From contig BAAIJX010000038.1 of assembly GCA_054600435.1 (NCBI GenBank), forward strand, positions 1 through 64,000: a stretch of DNA of 64,000 bases. The letters run 5' to 3'. The notes beneath the pieces are model-generated. The model was given only the letters and a program-made list of their open reading frames with translations, was not told the DNA's origin and ran no database searches. Below, one piece after another: positions 13,201 through 25,400 of this stretch. This stretch comes from Neophaeotheca triangularis. Lineage: Eukaryota. Position 1 is the stretch's first letter; every line of letters starts with the position of its first letter. Both the position numbers and the translations under genes were made by a program.

Positions 13201-14082
13201 TTGGGGGTTATCCTTGTCATGCAACTGAGCGGTTGGTGGCCCAAAGCAATACATAGACGATCGATTAGCAAACTTTATTCAAGACCTTCCAACCAACATT
13301 CACTCGAACCCGTGGCATACGCTCTCCTCAGGCAATGGACGCATCCTTTCTTCAGCAGGAACGAATGTTGCCTCTTGGTATGTGGAGTGGTGCCCCAGTA
13401 CGTGAGGAATCACTACCCACGGTGCCAGGACGGAACCCATTGCGGTTGAAATCCTTCAATCTTGCTCGGCTTCTAAGCCTGCTGCTCAATTCAGGCTGAA
13501 GTCGACGTTGGTACTTTGCGATATCCGCAAGCACCCCAAGCAATACCAACTACATCCGAAAACAGCGCACCATCTACAACGACACTCCACGCTCAGGATA
13601 GAAACCGCCAACAAACTAGTTCAGTTGAATCCGACAATTCGAAAAGCAAGGCATCGCAAGACGAGTAAATTAATTATTTGGCGACGGGGGTAGCTTCGGC
13701 AAGCTCACGTTGGTATATCGGTCGAGCGGACTGAAACACCACATGCATTGCGCTGCGTAAATTGACTGCTACCGCATCGATCAACACAATTCCTCCAATG
13801 GGAGTCCGGCTCCCTACCCACCGGTGCCCATTGAGCCCGACCGAATTCAGACGACACTCTGGCAGCACGGCGAGTCGATCGATGACGCTGTTCTCTACCT
13901 GCCGGTAGGGCATTACCCATCCCAGGGCTGCAGATACAGGGGCCGTCGCTTAATGCATTGCAGACAGCATTCAGAGAACATAAAAACGGCTGGGTCGCCC
14001 CTTCTTCGTACCTACGCTCGCTCCGTAGCCTTTGTACCCCTCGCATTAACGCCTTTGCTCCCAAAATAACGTCGACGTCAAC

Positions 14083-16182
14083 ATGGCCGTACCTGATAAG
14101 ACAGCCAGCAGTGATGAGTTCCGCGTCGAAAGCGGAGAGCGCCTCGAGCAACATCGTTACCAAGATGAGCACAGAGGAACTGCTGCAGACCGGCGAGATA
14201 TGGCGCGCATGAACAAGCCGCAAGAGATGAGAGTACGCCGCAACATCTCCGTCACCCATACCAACGCCCTTGCCGGGTCACTAACGGCATACTGAACCAG
14301 CGCAATTTCAAAGGGCTGACCATATTCGGTTTCACCGCCGTTCTCGTCTCTTCATGGGAAGTGATTCTGAGGTGCGGCCGGAGTAGTGATAATGCGAGCC
14401 ACTTCCCCTCTGACTTCGCTCATCAGTACCGGAGCCCTTGGTCTCGGAAACGGGGGAAGCGCAGGCCTGCTCTACACCAATCTCGCGACATGGATTGGTT
14501 TCACTGCCGTCTACGCTTCGCTGGGAGAGCAAGCTAGTATGGCGCCCACGTCCGGAGGTAGGACTCCCGCGAGTGACTGTTTTGGTTCGAATGCTGGTCT
14601 GCTCCCAGTTTGACACCGGCAGGTCAATACCATTGGGTCTCGGAGTTTGCTCCTCGACGGTGGCAAAAGTTCCTGAGCTATATTGTTGGATGGCTGGGCG
14701 TACTGGGCTTCCAGACAGGCGTTGCTTTTGGCGCTTACGTTTCGGGCACGCAGGTGAGTAGGACATGGACGATCAGGCCGGAGTCTTGGATATTCCGCCG
14801 CAATCTGCTGACAACGGCACCACCACCACCAGATTCAAGGTCTCCTCACGCTAAACTACCTCTCGTACGTCTACCAGTCATGGCACGGCACGCTGCTCAT
14901 CGTGGCTGTGCTCGGCCTCTCTGTATTCTTCAATACGTTCCTTGCCCAGAAGCTTCATCTCGTCGAAGGCACGATCCTTGTGCTGCATGTTGTGGGCTTC
15001 TTCGCTATCCACATCCCGCTGTGGGCTTTGTCTGAAAAGACCCCTCCGAGGGAAGTATGGACCACCTTTTACGACCCCGGATGGGGCAATCAAGGGCTTT
15101 CTTGCTTGGTCGGTATCGTCGCAAGTGTGGCGCCTCTGCTAGGCGCTGATGCATCTGGTCTGTCTCTTCCTTTCCATCGGGCCTTTACTTGCTGACCACA
15201 TTGTAGCCCATATGGCCGAAGAGATCCAGGATGCGGCCTACATCGTTCCACGCACCATGGTGTAGTATGCCGGAGCGCTCCTCACCATCTACTTGGGCGC
15301 CATCAAACTTTCTGACATGGGTTCAGCGTGATCGTCATCAACGGGGCCATGATGTTCGTAATGTGCATCACTCTCGTCTACTGCATCGGCGACCTAGACT
15401 CGGGTAAGTACACCTCTTCCACTGGCCGAGACGCAAGACTTCAAACTCACTCTGAACAACCTGCAGTCCTCGCGACCCCAACAAAAGCTATCCTTTCATC
15501 CAAGTCTTCTACAACTCCACCCCCAATCCCTCCACGGCACCAACATTATCACAGCAATCATCATCATCCTCTCCATGTTCGCCTGCGTAAGCTGCACAGC
15601 CAGCGCCACCCGCCAACTCTTCGCCTTCGCCCGCGATAACGGCGTGCCCTTTTCACGCTGGATAGCACACGTAAGCCGCACCGCCCCGACCCTGCTCTCC
15701 CCCGGACCCTACAACCACCAACAACTAACCCCGAAACCCCACAGGTACGCCCAGACATTGCCGTCCCCTTCAACGCAGTCCTCCTCGTCACAATCATCGG
15801 CGTCCTCATCGCCCTGATCAACATCGGCAGCGAAACAGCCTTCAACATCGTAACCTCGCTGGGGACCGGCACGCTCACGCTCTCCTCCATAGTGACGATA
15901 GGATGCCTCATCCACCGCAAGATCACCCGCCAACCGCTCTTACCGACCCGCTTCGACATGGGGAAGCGCCTTGGACTGCTCGTGAATCTCGTGGCTGAGG
16001 GTTGGTTGTGCTTGGTTTTCGTGATAGCGTTCTTTTCCCCGGTACCTGAGCCGGATGCGGCGGGGATGAATTGGTCGGTAGTGGTTTTTGGCGCTGTCGT
16101 CGGGTTTGCTGTGGTCTATTTTCTGGCCTGGGGGAGGAGGTTCTATGATGGGCCGGTGGAGTACGTGCGGAAACTCGACTAG
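14083..16182 (+). pseudogene. APC-family amino acid/GABA/choline permease (Uga4/Hnm1-like), multi-intron, with two +2 frameshifts in one exon
   Basis: Spliced model gives MAPTSGGQYHWVSEFAP, HMAEEIQDA, SATRQLFAFARDNGVPFS and INIGSETAFN. The expected TPT-x-YPFIQVFYNST-QS is split over three frames at homopolymers ~15483-15486 and ~15520-15524. Confidence 0.8.
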
Positions 16183-16796
16183 GGGAGATGGGGGATATGA
16201 GGTGCTTGCTTCGGATGTGCTGAGATGTAAGGCTTTTGTAGGTGGAGGTGGAGTGTTGCATGGTCTTGGGCGTCGCTTTTCTCTTCGGGTGAAATAGGGA
16301 CGTCTCAAGCATTTCATGGGAGGAAGCTGATCGGTCCTCTGAATACGTTATCGCGGGAGACGGACGAGTCTACCTCATCGGAGCGGTGTCGTCGGCCTGT
16401 CGTATGGAATGTAAAGTGGCGCTGTGCCGTCATCAACGGTCGTCTTGTCTCGATGCTAGCGACCTGCACAGTACCACCGTCTGACTACATCGCAGTGAAA
16501 ACAAGGCGGTGCAGTCAAAACCGGCAAAGTAAGCCTCAAAGTGCAAAGACCTAATACACGACCTCTCAGAGCTGAAGAAAGTAAGACAGACAAGTAGGTA
16601 AAAGTGACAGAGAGGCAACAAAACCCTCTGACCCAGACCCAGCCCAGACCCAACACGGACGACCAGCCCTAGAGACACCGCCAAACACCTTGCTTGCTCA
16701 ACCCTGGGTACAGTACAGTAGTGTACACAAGTAGTCTGTCGAGCACGCTGCCACCACCACCGCCGCTACTCTCTCTCGTCCCCGTCTACCCCACCA

Positions 16797-18480
16797 CTAC
16801 TCAACCCCAGCGTACAAGTCCACCACGATATTAATACCAGCGACAAAAATTTCCGCCGCGATCAGCACAATGACAATCCACTCCAAGTACTCGCCATGGG
16901 TATGCGCGAGCTGATCCTTCAGCACCGCAAGCAAATCAGCAATGACGTCCAAGCGCTCGGTCAGTAAACCGACTCGCTGGTCCATCTCGAGGTACGTGCG
17001 GACGGCCTGATAGACGGGTTCGAGCTGGGGTTCGGCCCACATGAGCTCCGGGGCGTCGAGGACGGAGCCTTGCAGATGGATGTTGATGCGAAGGATGAAG
17101 AGCTCGCCGATTTGCATGTTGATTTCGCGGCGGGTGAGGTTGATCCGGCCGGTGGCGGCGATGGTGGAGGGTATGGATTGGGTCGTGAGAATGGTGCTGT
17201 CGACGAGGTCTTCGTAGAGGGAGGTCTGGGTTTGGGTGTTAGTGGGTGGCTTTGTGAAGGGTGTTACAGGATGCGATTACTTTTGTGCTTTGCGCGAGAG
17301 CATGGCTGATGGCGAGTTTTGTCATGTAGTTGCGCTTTTCACGCAGACTGATGAAGTCGTTGTATATTCTCGCCTGGTATTCTCTGGTGTAGTAGAAGTT
17401 GAACTCTTCCAACTGCACATCGTCTTTGCCCAGCTTCTCTTGCTCGAATTTCGCAATCTCCTTTAGGAAGCGCTGTTCCTCTTTCACTGTCATGCCCCAT
17501 ATTACGACCACACCGTACTCGAAAAGAAAAACCTCGGGTATATGTACAGTAGTGTCGAAATCGGGCGTTTCTGGTCGTGGTTGGTGTTGGAATGCAGGGA
17601 TATTTTCCGTATCGTACGTCGATTCGGTCATTGCGTTCTCTCCGGGCTGCAGATCTATCAGATCTTCTCTTCTTCGGCCAGCGTTCTCTTCGACTTCGAG
17701 CGCGGAGTCAGAGAACCTTCTTTGGGGTTCTGAACGCGACTCGCTGGCATGCGTCGCCGCTTGAGCCACCTGCTCCGCTTGTCGTACCTCCTCCCCGCTT
17801 CTACTCCTCTTGCTCATACTGCTGAACCCAGCAGTATCTCTCTTGTAACTGTAGGGAGAGTAGATGCACTCATCGAAGAGTTTCGGCGCCGTACCCTTAG
17901 TCTTGCCTCTGCCCTTGAGGAAGCGCATGAGATCATCCAACTGATAGCTACCGGCCGTACAGAATGCCGTCACTCTCGGCAGCTTGTCGCGATCGTCTTT
18001 GCCCAACCGCGCAGCATCTCTCCTGGCCGACGGATCTTTTATCCGAGTGAATTGACTGTACACATCCCTCCCGCTCTCTTCATCCGGTCCATCTTCGATT
18101 ACGTCGGGGTTGGGCAAAAGCTTCAGCTTCTGTGCTGTGCGCGAGGTACGCTGTGGTCCTATTTTGATGCCAGGGTTCATCGGAGGTAAGACGAGAGGTG
18201 CGCCGGAGCTATTCCGTCTGCGCAGCTTCGAATTGAGCGTGGAAAGCATTGGCTGAGAGCCATCTCGAGGTGGGTTTAAAGAGGCTGTCGATACTGATCC
18301 TGTGGATTTCGAGGAGCTTGCGGGAAAGGCGGGTCGCGATGGAGGAGGGCTGGCTGACGATACCGTCGGGTTGAAAGTCACAGTGCGGGCTGGTTTCGAT
18401 GGTGGAGTCGGCCTGTTGGAGCCATTGGAGGTAGTGGGTAGGAGGGGGGATGTTTCGGACTTGCCGGCGGAGGAAGACAT
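16797..18480 (-). CDS. RMD1: Sporulation protein Rmd1 (DUF155)
   Basis: Motifs LPRVTAFCTA, EVFLFEYGVVVIWG, ARIYNDFISL and LEWIVIVLIAAEI; intron 17280-17226. Confidence 0.93.
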
Positions 18481-19963
18481 GGTGGGGGGAGAGTTCTCGT
18501 CGTCGATGTCGATGGGGTGTAATGTAGGTGTCGTAGGAACGCTTGTTGCGGTAACGGGAGTAAGTTCGATATGGTCGCCTAGACAGGCCTCGTGCTTCTA
18601 GCTTCTTGACGGGCTCGTCATTCTTGCGGGCAGTTCTTGGTCGTCGATGTGTGGTCCGCGCCCGGTCTGTGTTATTAATGTCGCCGTCGCTGTTGTCGTC
18701 GGTGGCGGCGGTGTTGGCGGTATAGTACTAGCCCTCTACACGACGAAAAGTGTTGTCGCTGTTGCACTGCAGCTGTCAAGGCCCGTTCAAGTCGACGATA
18801 CCTTCACGCCTTGGCGTCCGTCGAGCACGTTGTCGGCTTCCGAGCTTACCTACCTAGGTAAGGCCCGGTACCTTAAGATTCCGTCCGGCGTCCAGCTCTC
18901 TGACGGTGGCGGCGATGAGCACTGACCTCTTCTCCGCGGTAGCTGATGAATGTGGCCTGAGGCATCCAACGCCGAATTAACTTCACTTCACCTCACCCAA
19001 ACCCAAACCCTCCTGCCTTCTGCCTTCGCCGTCGCACCGCACACAACAACACAGCAATTGAAAGGTCAAGTCTCATGTAGTCCACTTCTTCCTCTGTAGT
19101 ACGATCATTTTTCAGCCGACGGACGGCATCAGACGCTCAATATGTCGAGACTGATATCTCTCAAGCATTTCGGGCTGCTCTAACTCTTCAACTGTTCTGG
19201 TCATGGCACATCAACTTCTCCCAGCCTTACTCTCGTGCCTCGACCGGACATTAATCCGATATGGTCTTGTAGAAAACGGCCGAAGCGCAAACTTCCAGGC
19301 TAGTAATCCTACTACCGAGCCAAGAGGAAGGACGGGGGCACGTGAAGACAGACCCAAAGGTCGCAGCTCCTCTTCTACTTTTGGACGTACGTCTCCTACC
19401 TTTTCAATTCCACATCTTTATTGGCTCTACCGTCTTGGACCAATCTCACAATCTCTTCAGACCTACTTGAAGATCCACTCTAAGAGATGCCACGCAGGGT
19501 TCGTGTCGACGAGAAGTCAAGACTATATGAAGCCTTCCGTCGGAAGCTCATGTCCCTTTTCCTTTTCGTACTGTTGGGAGCATAGCAACGTTCAGGGGGC
19601 CTTTAAGGTACCCAGTAGTGGTAGCGAATCCAGCGGTAGCGGAAAGACACTTTTCGAGCCGTCAAACAGGTCTCGTCTGGTGATCAGATTCGACTTCTCA
19701 CCTCCAACTTTACTTGAAAGTTTCAGTGGCTGCCTCGAGCTTAACCTAATGAATTCGACTAATGTCTCTCCGCTCTTTCCATCCTGGTTCATGCCCGTAG
19801 TAACGCTTCATTCACGTTTCGTGTTTCCAGAAGCACCTCAGAAGCTCGAGCCATCTCTGTTTCCGGTCAATTCTTCTAGAGGTCATTTTCACCTGCGCTC
19901 GCCTCTGGAATTAAAACGCAATACCTACCAGTGACGATAATTCATGCTGAAGACATCGGGCAA

Positions 19964-20871
19964 ATGGACACGGAGGTAGGCTCGCCGGGTTACGCCACTT
20001 CTCTCACCACGGGTAATTAATTCAATTTGTTTGGCAAGAGAGCTGCAGCTGACTTGCAATTTGCAGACGACATCACGGACATGATCGAAGAGCGCGCGAC
20101 CACACCCACGCCCGCCGGACCTCGCAACGGCGAGGATACCGATATGCAAGGATATGAAGGGAACCACACGGGTGGGGAAAGCGCAGCACAACAAACGCGC
20201 ACCAACGGCACCACCCTGCCGAGCGCAAGCCAGACAGGTGGCGGCGGTGGTCAAGCCTCTCAAAGTCGTTTCTCCAGGCCCTCAACAAGCGTCTACCTCG
20301 ATCGCGAGCTCTTCAGCGTCTACACTGAAGAAGGGCGTGGACCAGATTACGAAGAGTCATCAGGTAAGCACCTTCACTCACGCCACCAACCAAGCCCCAC
20401 ACTAACACTAGCGCACCTACAGATGACGGCGGCAACGACCTCTTCATCGGGCCTCCCTCCCCACGCACAGCAGCCGAAATCCACGCCCGTGGCCCCCTTC
20501 ACGGCAGCTTCGAAGCCGACGCCGAGATCCAACGACGCCGCAACAAACACCTCGAACGCTACCAGAAGTTCGTGACCGCGACGCAAAAGTCCCGCCTCCG
20601 GTACCTCGACTCGGTCACGCGCAACAAGATCTGGGACCGGGAGCAAGCGACTTCGGAAGCGGAGTTGAGGACTTTGGAGGGTAGGAAGGCGGAGTTGGAG
20701 AACCGGTTGTTGGCTATGCGGTCGGCGAGGGAGAACTATAATACGGAGTTTGAGGTTTTGATCCAAAGGGGAAGGGATGAGGAGGTGGTGCACAGGGAGT
20801 TTGATGACTTTTTGGAGTTGAGGAGTGATGAGTCGCCCGATTTTGAGAGGTTGCGGAAGTGGGATGTTTGA
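19964..20871 (+). CDS. Hypothetical protein with C-terminal coiled coil
   Basis: ATG at 19964. GT-AG introns ~20013-20066 and ~20363-20422 with CTGAC/CTAAC branch sites join the ORF pieces in frame and end ...FERLRKWDV. Confidence 0.6.
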
Positions 20872-21075
20872 GGGTGAATGAGTGAGGCGCAGGGAATCCA
20901 GGTCAGTATTGAAGAACTCGTGAGTAGTGAAAGAGGAAGGGGGTCTCTTGCTCTCGTGGCGGGAGTTATATGACTGCCACCGGGACCATAGGCTCCTGTG
21001 CGTAATGTCTGCTTGAGCGGACTCTCTCCCTATGAGAACTAGGTGCTAAGTTGGTAACAACATGCGCAAACTCCA

Positions 21076-21864
21076 TCACTTCCACGCCGCCTCGTCGTCC
21101 CAGTTCGGCAATGCAGGCTGCATATTATCTGGAATCAACTCCGGCCAATTCTCATCGATCGTCCTGGTCAATTCGCGATAGAACACCTCGTACCCTTCGC
21201 TAGTCAAATGCAAACCATCGCTCAAGAACAGCCCCAACCTCTCGTTAAACCACGCATCCTTGTCCATACTTCCAGGTGGACTCCTGTCAGCCTCGTCCGA
21301 GGCCCTGCCAACATCATACCTCGCCTCTCTCAAAATCGCTTTCCATAGATCCACGACGGGCAAACCCAACTCACTCCCCAACTCGTTGCTAGCGGTGGCA
21401 TAGGATCTCGTATTCACCGCTGTGCGTCTCGGAGCGGTGATGACCCCAGCCCCGAATTTCGCCTTATCACCCTCGAAACACATAGCCTCGTGCACAGGCG
21501 GGGGCGTTACGAATAACACTCTTACCCCCTCATGCGCCACGATCTCAGGTTGCGTGACAATAGCCCGCAGATTGGCGACATACTCGTCTAAACTGACATC
21601 CTGAGCGGGGCCGGGAGTGTTGGGTAAACGGGCGTCATTGGCGCCGAGGAAGATGCACAAGACACGGACATGAGCGGTTTCCGGGGAAGGTAGAATGCGC
21701 GGCAGGATGGAGAGAATTTGGGAAGTGTTGTAGCCGCTGTAGCCGCGGTTGAGGATGTCGAGCTTCCGGGCGTAGTCGTGAGAGAGGCGGGGGCCGAAGG
21801 CGAGGCCGACCGGGGAAAAGGCCGCTTGCGTTATGCTGTCGCCTAGGAGTATGAATTGATCCAT
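21076..21864 (-). CDS. IAH1: SGNH/GDSL esterase, isoamyl acetate-hydrolysing esterase-like
   Basis: Motifs LLGDSIT, NRGYSGYN, FLGANDA and DGLH; likely start MDQF at 21864. Confidence 0.9.
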   Translation of the reverse strand: MDQFILLGDSITQAAFSPVGLAFGPRLSHDYARKLDILNRGYSGYNTSQILSILPRILPSPETAHVRVLCIFLGANDARLPNTPGPAQDVSLDEYVANLRAIVTQPEIVAHEGVRVLFVTPPPVHEAMCFEGDKAKFGAGVITAPRRTAVNTRSYATASNELGSELGLPVVDLWKAILREARYDVGRASDEADRSPPGSMDKDAWFNERLGLFLSDGLHLTSEGYEVFYRELTRTIDENWPELIPDNMQPALPNWDDEAAWK

Positions 21865-22491
21865 GGTGTACCTTTTTCTCCGTTTCTTGAGTTTGGGAGG
21901 CACTCTTGGATTCAGAGGGTTTGAGAGAGTTCCAGGCTGGGGCTTTTTGTGCTTTAATACTGAGCTGGTGTGGAGCCGATGCTGCAGCGCCGGAGAATAA
22001 TGCTCCACAGACTATCTGAGAGTTGAAATAGCGTGGCAAGGAGTACAGAGCACGCTTATACGTCGTAGGGACTTCTTGTCCAAGTGCTTTGCCTACCTTA
22101 TCGATGCCTAGAACAAACGGATGTGGTGTCAACTGCGCTGTTTCAGTTTCGCCGCTCGCTGCAATTTAAGCAACAGCCCAAATCAAGTGGTAGCCCCAGC
22201 AAGGATGTATTCGACAGATGTATCAACTCGTAATCACAGCAAAGGCGGTGAACGATAGAAATGATAGGTAAACATGTAAGACGGACGAAAAGCAATCGAG
22301 GTGAAGTGAAGTGTACCGAGGCCGTGCTCTTTGGCCCCCACTTTTCTCGAGACGTCACCTTTCCGTGGGACCAGGGCAAGTCACGATCAATCGCACTGTC
22401 GCCTGAGACCCAAATCTCGGGCGCCACCGACACGCGAACGGCGCCTTTCTCCCTCCGTGCAACGTCTCACCAACAAGCTTTCGCCAACACA

Positions 22492-25400
22492 ATGGGGACC
22501 CTCACCGCCGACCTCCCAAGATTGGACCACTATTGCGAGCACAAGCTCCCCACTTCTTGCCGCCTGACCTCGATCCCAGAATGTTGCGCCTGCGCAGATG
22601 AAAGAGCCCATTCGGCCTCATACAGTACCTACATCGATGGCATAGGCTTCGTACTGAGGGGTCTACGATGGGAGAGGTACTGTTGGTTCTGCAAGGAGTT
22701 CTGGCAGAGGAGGGTCGAGATAAGCGGGTTTCAGCCGGCTCAGACCAGGATACCGGAGGTTCCGGATCAGACTACATTTCTGGAAAGGTGGTATGAGTTC
22801 CACAGGGGCTATAGGGTGGTGAGAAGGGAGGATGGTAGTGAGGAGAGGGTTGCTGTGCTCGGAGAGCCGTTTCGGGAGGTTGATCCGGGGGAGTTGCCTA
22901 GAACGTTGGAGGAATTGAGGGAAGGGAGGGAGAGGAGTTCGATCGATGAGAGAATAACGGGGCCTGTAGTCCAAGAGGAAGATACTGGGCCTGGTTTGGA
23001 AGAAGCTCTCGAGAGCATGTTTGAGGATGCTGAGCAAGAGGAACGGTTGGAGAGTCAGCGAGAGAGAGAACAGCGTCCGACTTTGCCAGAACCTTTGAAT
23101 ATATCCTCTACAAACGTTGCTGGTCAAGCCATTGTGCCTGCCGGATCACGTAATAGGGACTACCAGGCTCGTCGAGTAGCAGCACTACGACGGGAGCTAC
23201 ATCGGATGCGCAACGGCATCGAGCGTGTCATCTCCGGACTGCGAGAATTTGGCGAAGATGTTCCCGGTCATGCCGAGACTACAGGCCGCCTTACTTATTT
23301 AGGGAGAACACTGGACACAATATCCGGAGTTCCCTCTCAAGACGACGCCACCCGCGCGATCGAAAACGCCAATGCCCTCACGGCCAATCCTAGCACTTCG
23401 CAAGCCGATCGAACATTAGCAGATCTACAAGTCCGCGTGGACGCTGCTCGACAACATGCAGACGAAGCCCAGCGCAACCGCGACCAAGCGGCTTCGGAGC
23501 TCGATCTCGCAGAACAAGAACGACGAACCAGCCGGCACCAACTCCAGCAACTTCAGCGCGAACAGCGCACCGCGGAGAACTACATGCGGCTCTTCGGCAG
23601 TAGGGAAGACATGGCTGCCGCTGGCGACGCTTATGAAAGTCCTATTGGCGGCATGTTTTCACGAGCGGAAGAGAGATACCGGACTGCCGAAGAGGTGAGA
23701 AGAGAGCAAAGAACGCTGCGTCAAGTACTCGACGATGAGACCACAGCTGGAGGGGAAATGGAGCAGGCGAGATTGACGGAGCTTGAAGGCCGGGAACGGG
23801 ATGTCTGGGGTGTTCCTGCGGCAAGGTCCAGGCAGGGTGCTCGGTCCAGGTGGGCGAGGCGTGCACCGGATGCTGCCCGTGGCGTGGAGCAGTTGATCTT
23901 CCATGAGATTGGGGCTGATGATGGTGATGCTGACGAGGCTACGCTTGAAGAATATTATGCTATGCTTCGACGGCAGGACTGGACGCAGAGACCAGCCGAG
24001 CAAGGGTCGGAGAATCGCAATGGCATTCCCACGGAAGTCAACTTTCCCCGGAGTATGTTGTCGGAGCCTGTCCCCGCGTTTACGAATTACCGTCAGCCGC
24101 CAGAGGGTCGTACAGCCGGTAGGAGGGTTTTTTCGAGATCGGATCACGATTTCGTCGCCTCCCGCCTGTTCAGCGCAAGAAGACCACCCCGCGAGATGAG
24201 CCGTTCTCATTGGTGGCGGTGCCCCGCAGGGAGCAATCCGATGACAGACTTATACGTTTCCGAGTGGGACGTCCCAAGCGGCGAGAACGAGACCCTACAT
24301 GGCTTCTACGATCTTTTGGAAAGAGAAGGCTACAAACAGGCCGATAGTTTCGACCTTCTCGCAGACTCGGCCGATCTTGCTCTTGAAGTGGTTTTTCCGC
24401 AATATCCTGTAGTTCAGCCGGGTGAGTTGCAGATTCGGGCGCCTACAAAACGTAATTTCTACGCGGAGGCGAAGGCTTTGTTGGATGTGCTACACCGAGA
24501 CGGGGAAATTGACGCATTTTGTGGTCTTCAGGAAGGTGAGAAGGAGCGTTGCTCCGCACTCGTTCAAGAAGGCAAGGTCGATGTTCTTGCAAAGGATGAG
24601 ATTGAGACGCTTTACAAAGCGGCGGAAGTTGTCTGGGGAGCAAGGATACCGACCATGCGGCTTTCGAGATTGCAAAGCCATGAACAGCTTCTTGAGATCG
24701 CTGGTCATGATAAGCCCGTAGACTTGGGGCCAGAGGCAGACCGCGATTGGTGGGACTACGGAGGCTGGTGGAAGTTCCAGCTTGAGACGGAATTCGTGGC
24801 ACAAGCTTGGGCTCCCTTTGATGGTTCTCGGAGAGATGGCTCTCGGAGATTCCTAGCAAGATGCCTCGATCTTCTGCTTCCCGAGGAGCGCGAGCAGATG
24901 AATGGCCGTATGCTGATCAATCAAAGGGACGAAGACGACGTTACTGTACTATCGCAGCTGGTCTGCGACCCGGAAGCTGTCTCGGTGGCGAACGAAATTA
25001 CCCGCCGACGGCGGATGGGTGACAATCTAAGCGACACGATGAATGCGAGCACACCCAGCATACTTGCAGACGTTGATCACCGCAACGACGAATGGCCTAG
25101 TGACGAATGGACCAGTGACATTCGACAAGCACTCGGGGCGCTACTTCAAGACGAGGATTTGCGCACAGGCAATGATGGAGACAGGTCCCAGCTTCGTGAG
25201 ATACAGGAACGCATCAAGCAAATAGACCAGGGTCTCGAGCGCTCAGAAGACGAAGAGCTGGACTTACTCTGGGCGTGTGACGACGAAGTTCTCTTCAGGG
25301 CTAATTTACCCCAGACGTGGCTAGCACGACTCAAGAAAGAGCACGGACAGCTTTTGGTCGAGGATAGAGAAACCGAGGAATGGACCATGTCAAATTGTCG

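Noticed and set aside
19203..19934. 243-aa ORF upstream of the hypothetical gene
   Set aside because: Ser/Phe/Pro-rich with no motif; more likely leader or intergenic sequence.
22261..22491. N-terminal ORF extension of the RING gene (similar extensions on IAH1, NOC3, the SDRs and GH47)
   Set aside because: Promoter/UTR-like composition; downstream ATGs fit family starts better.
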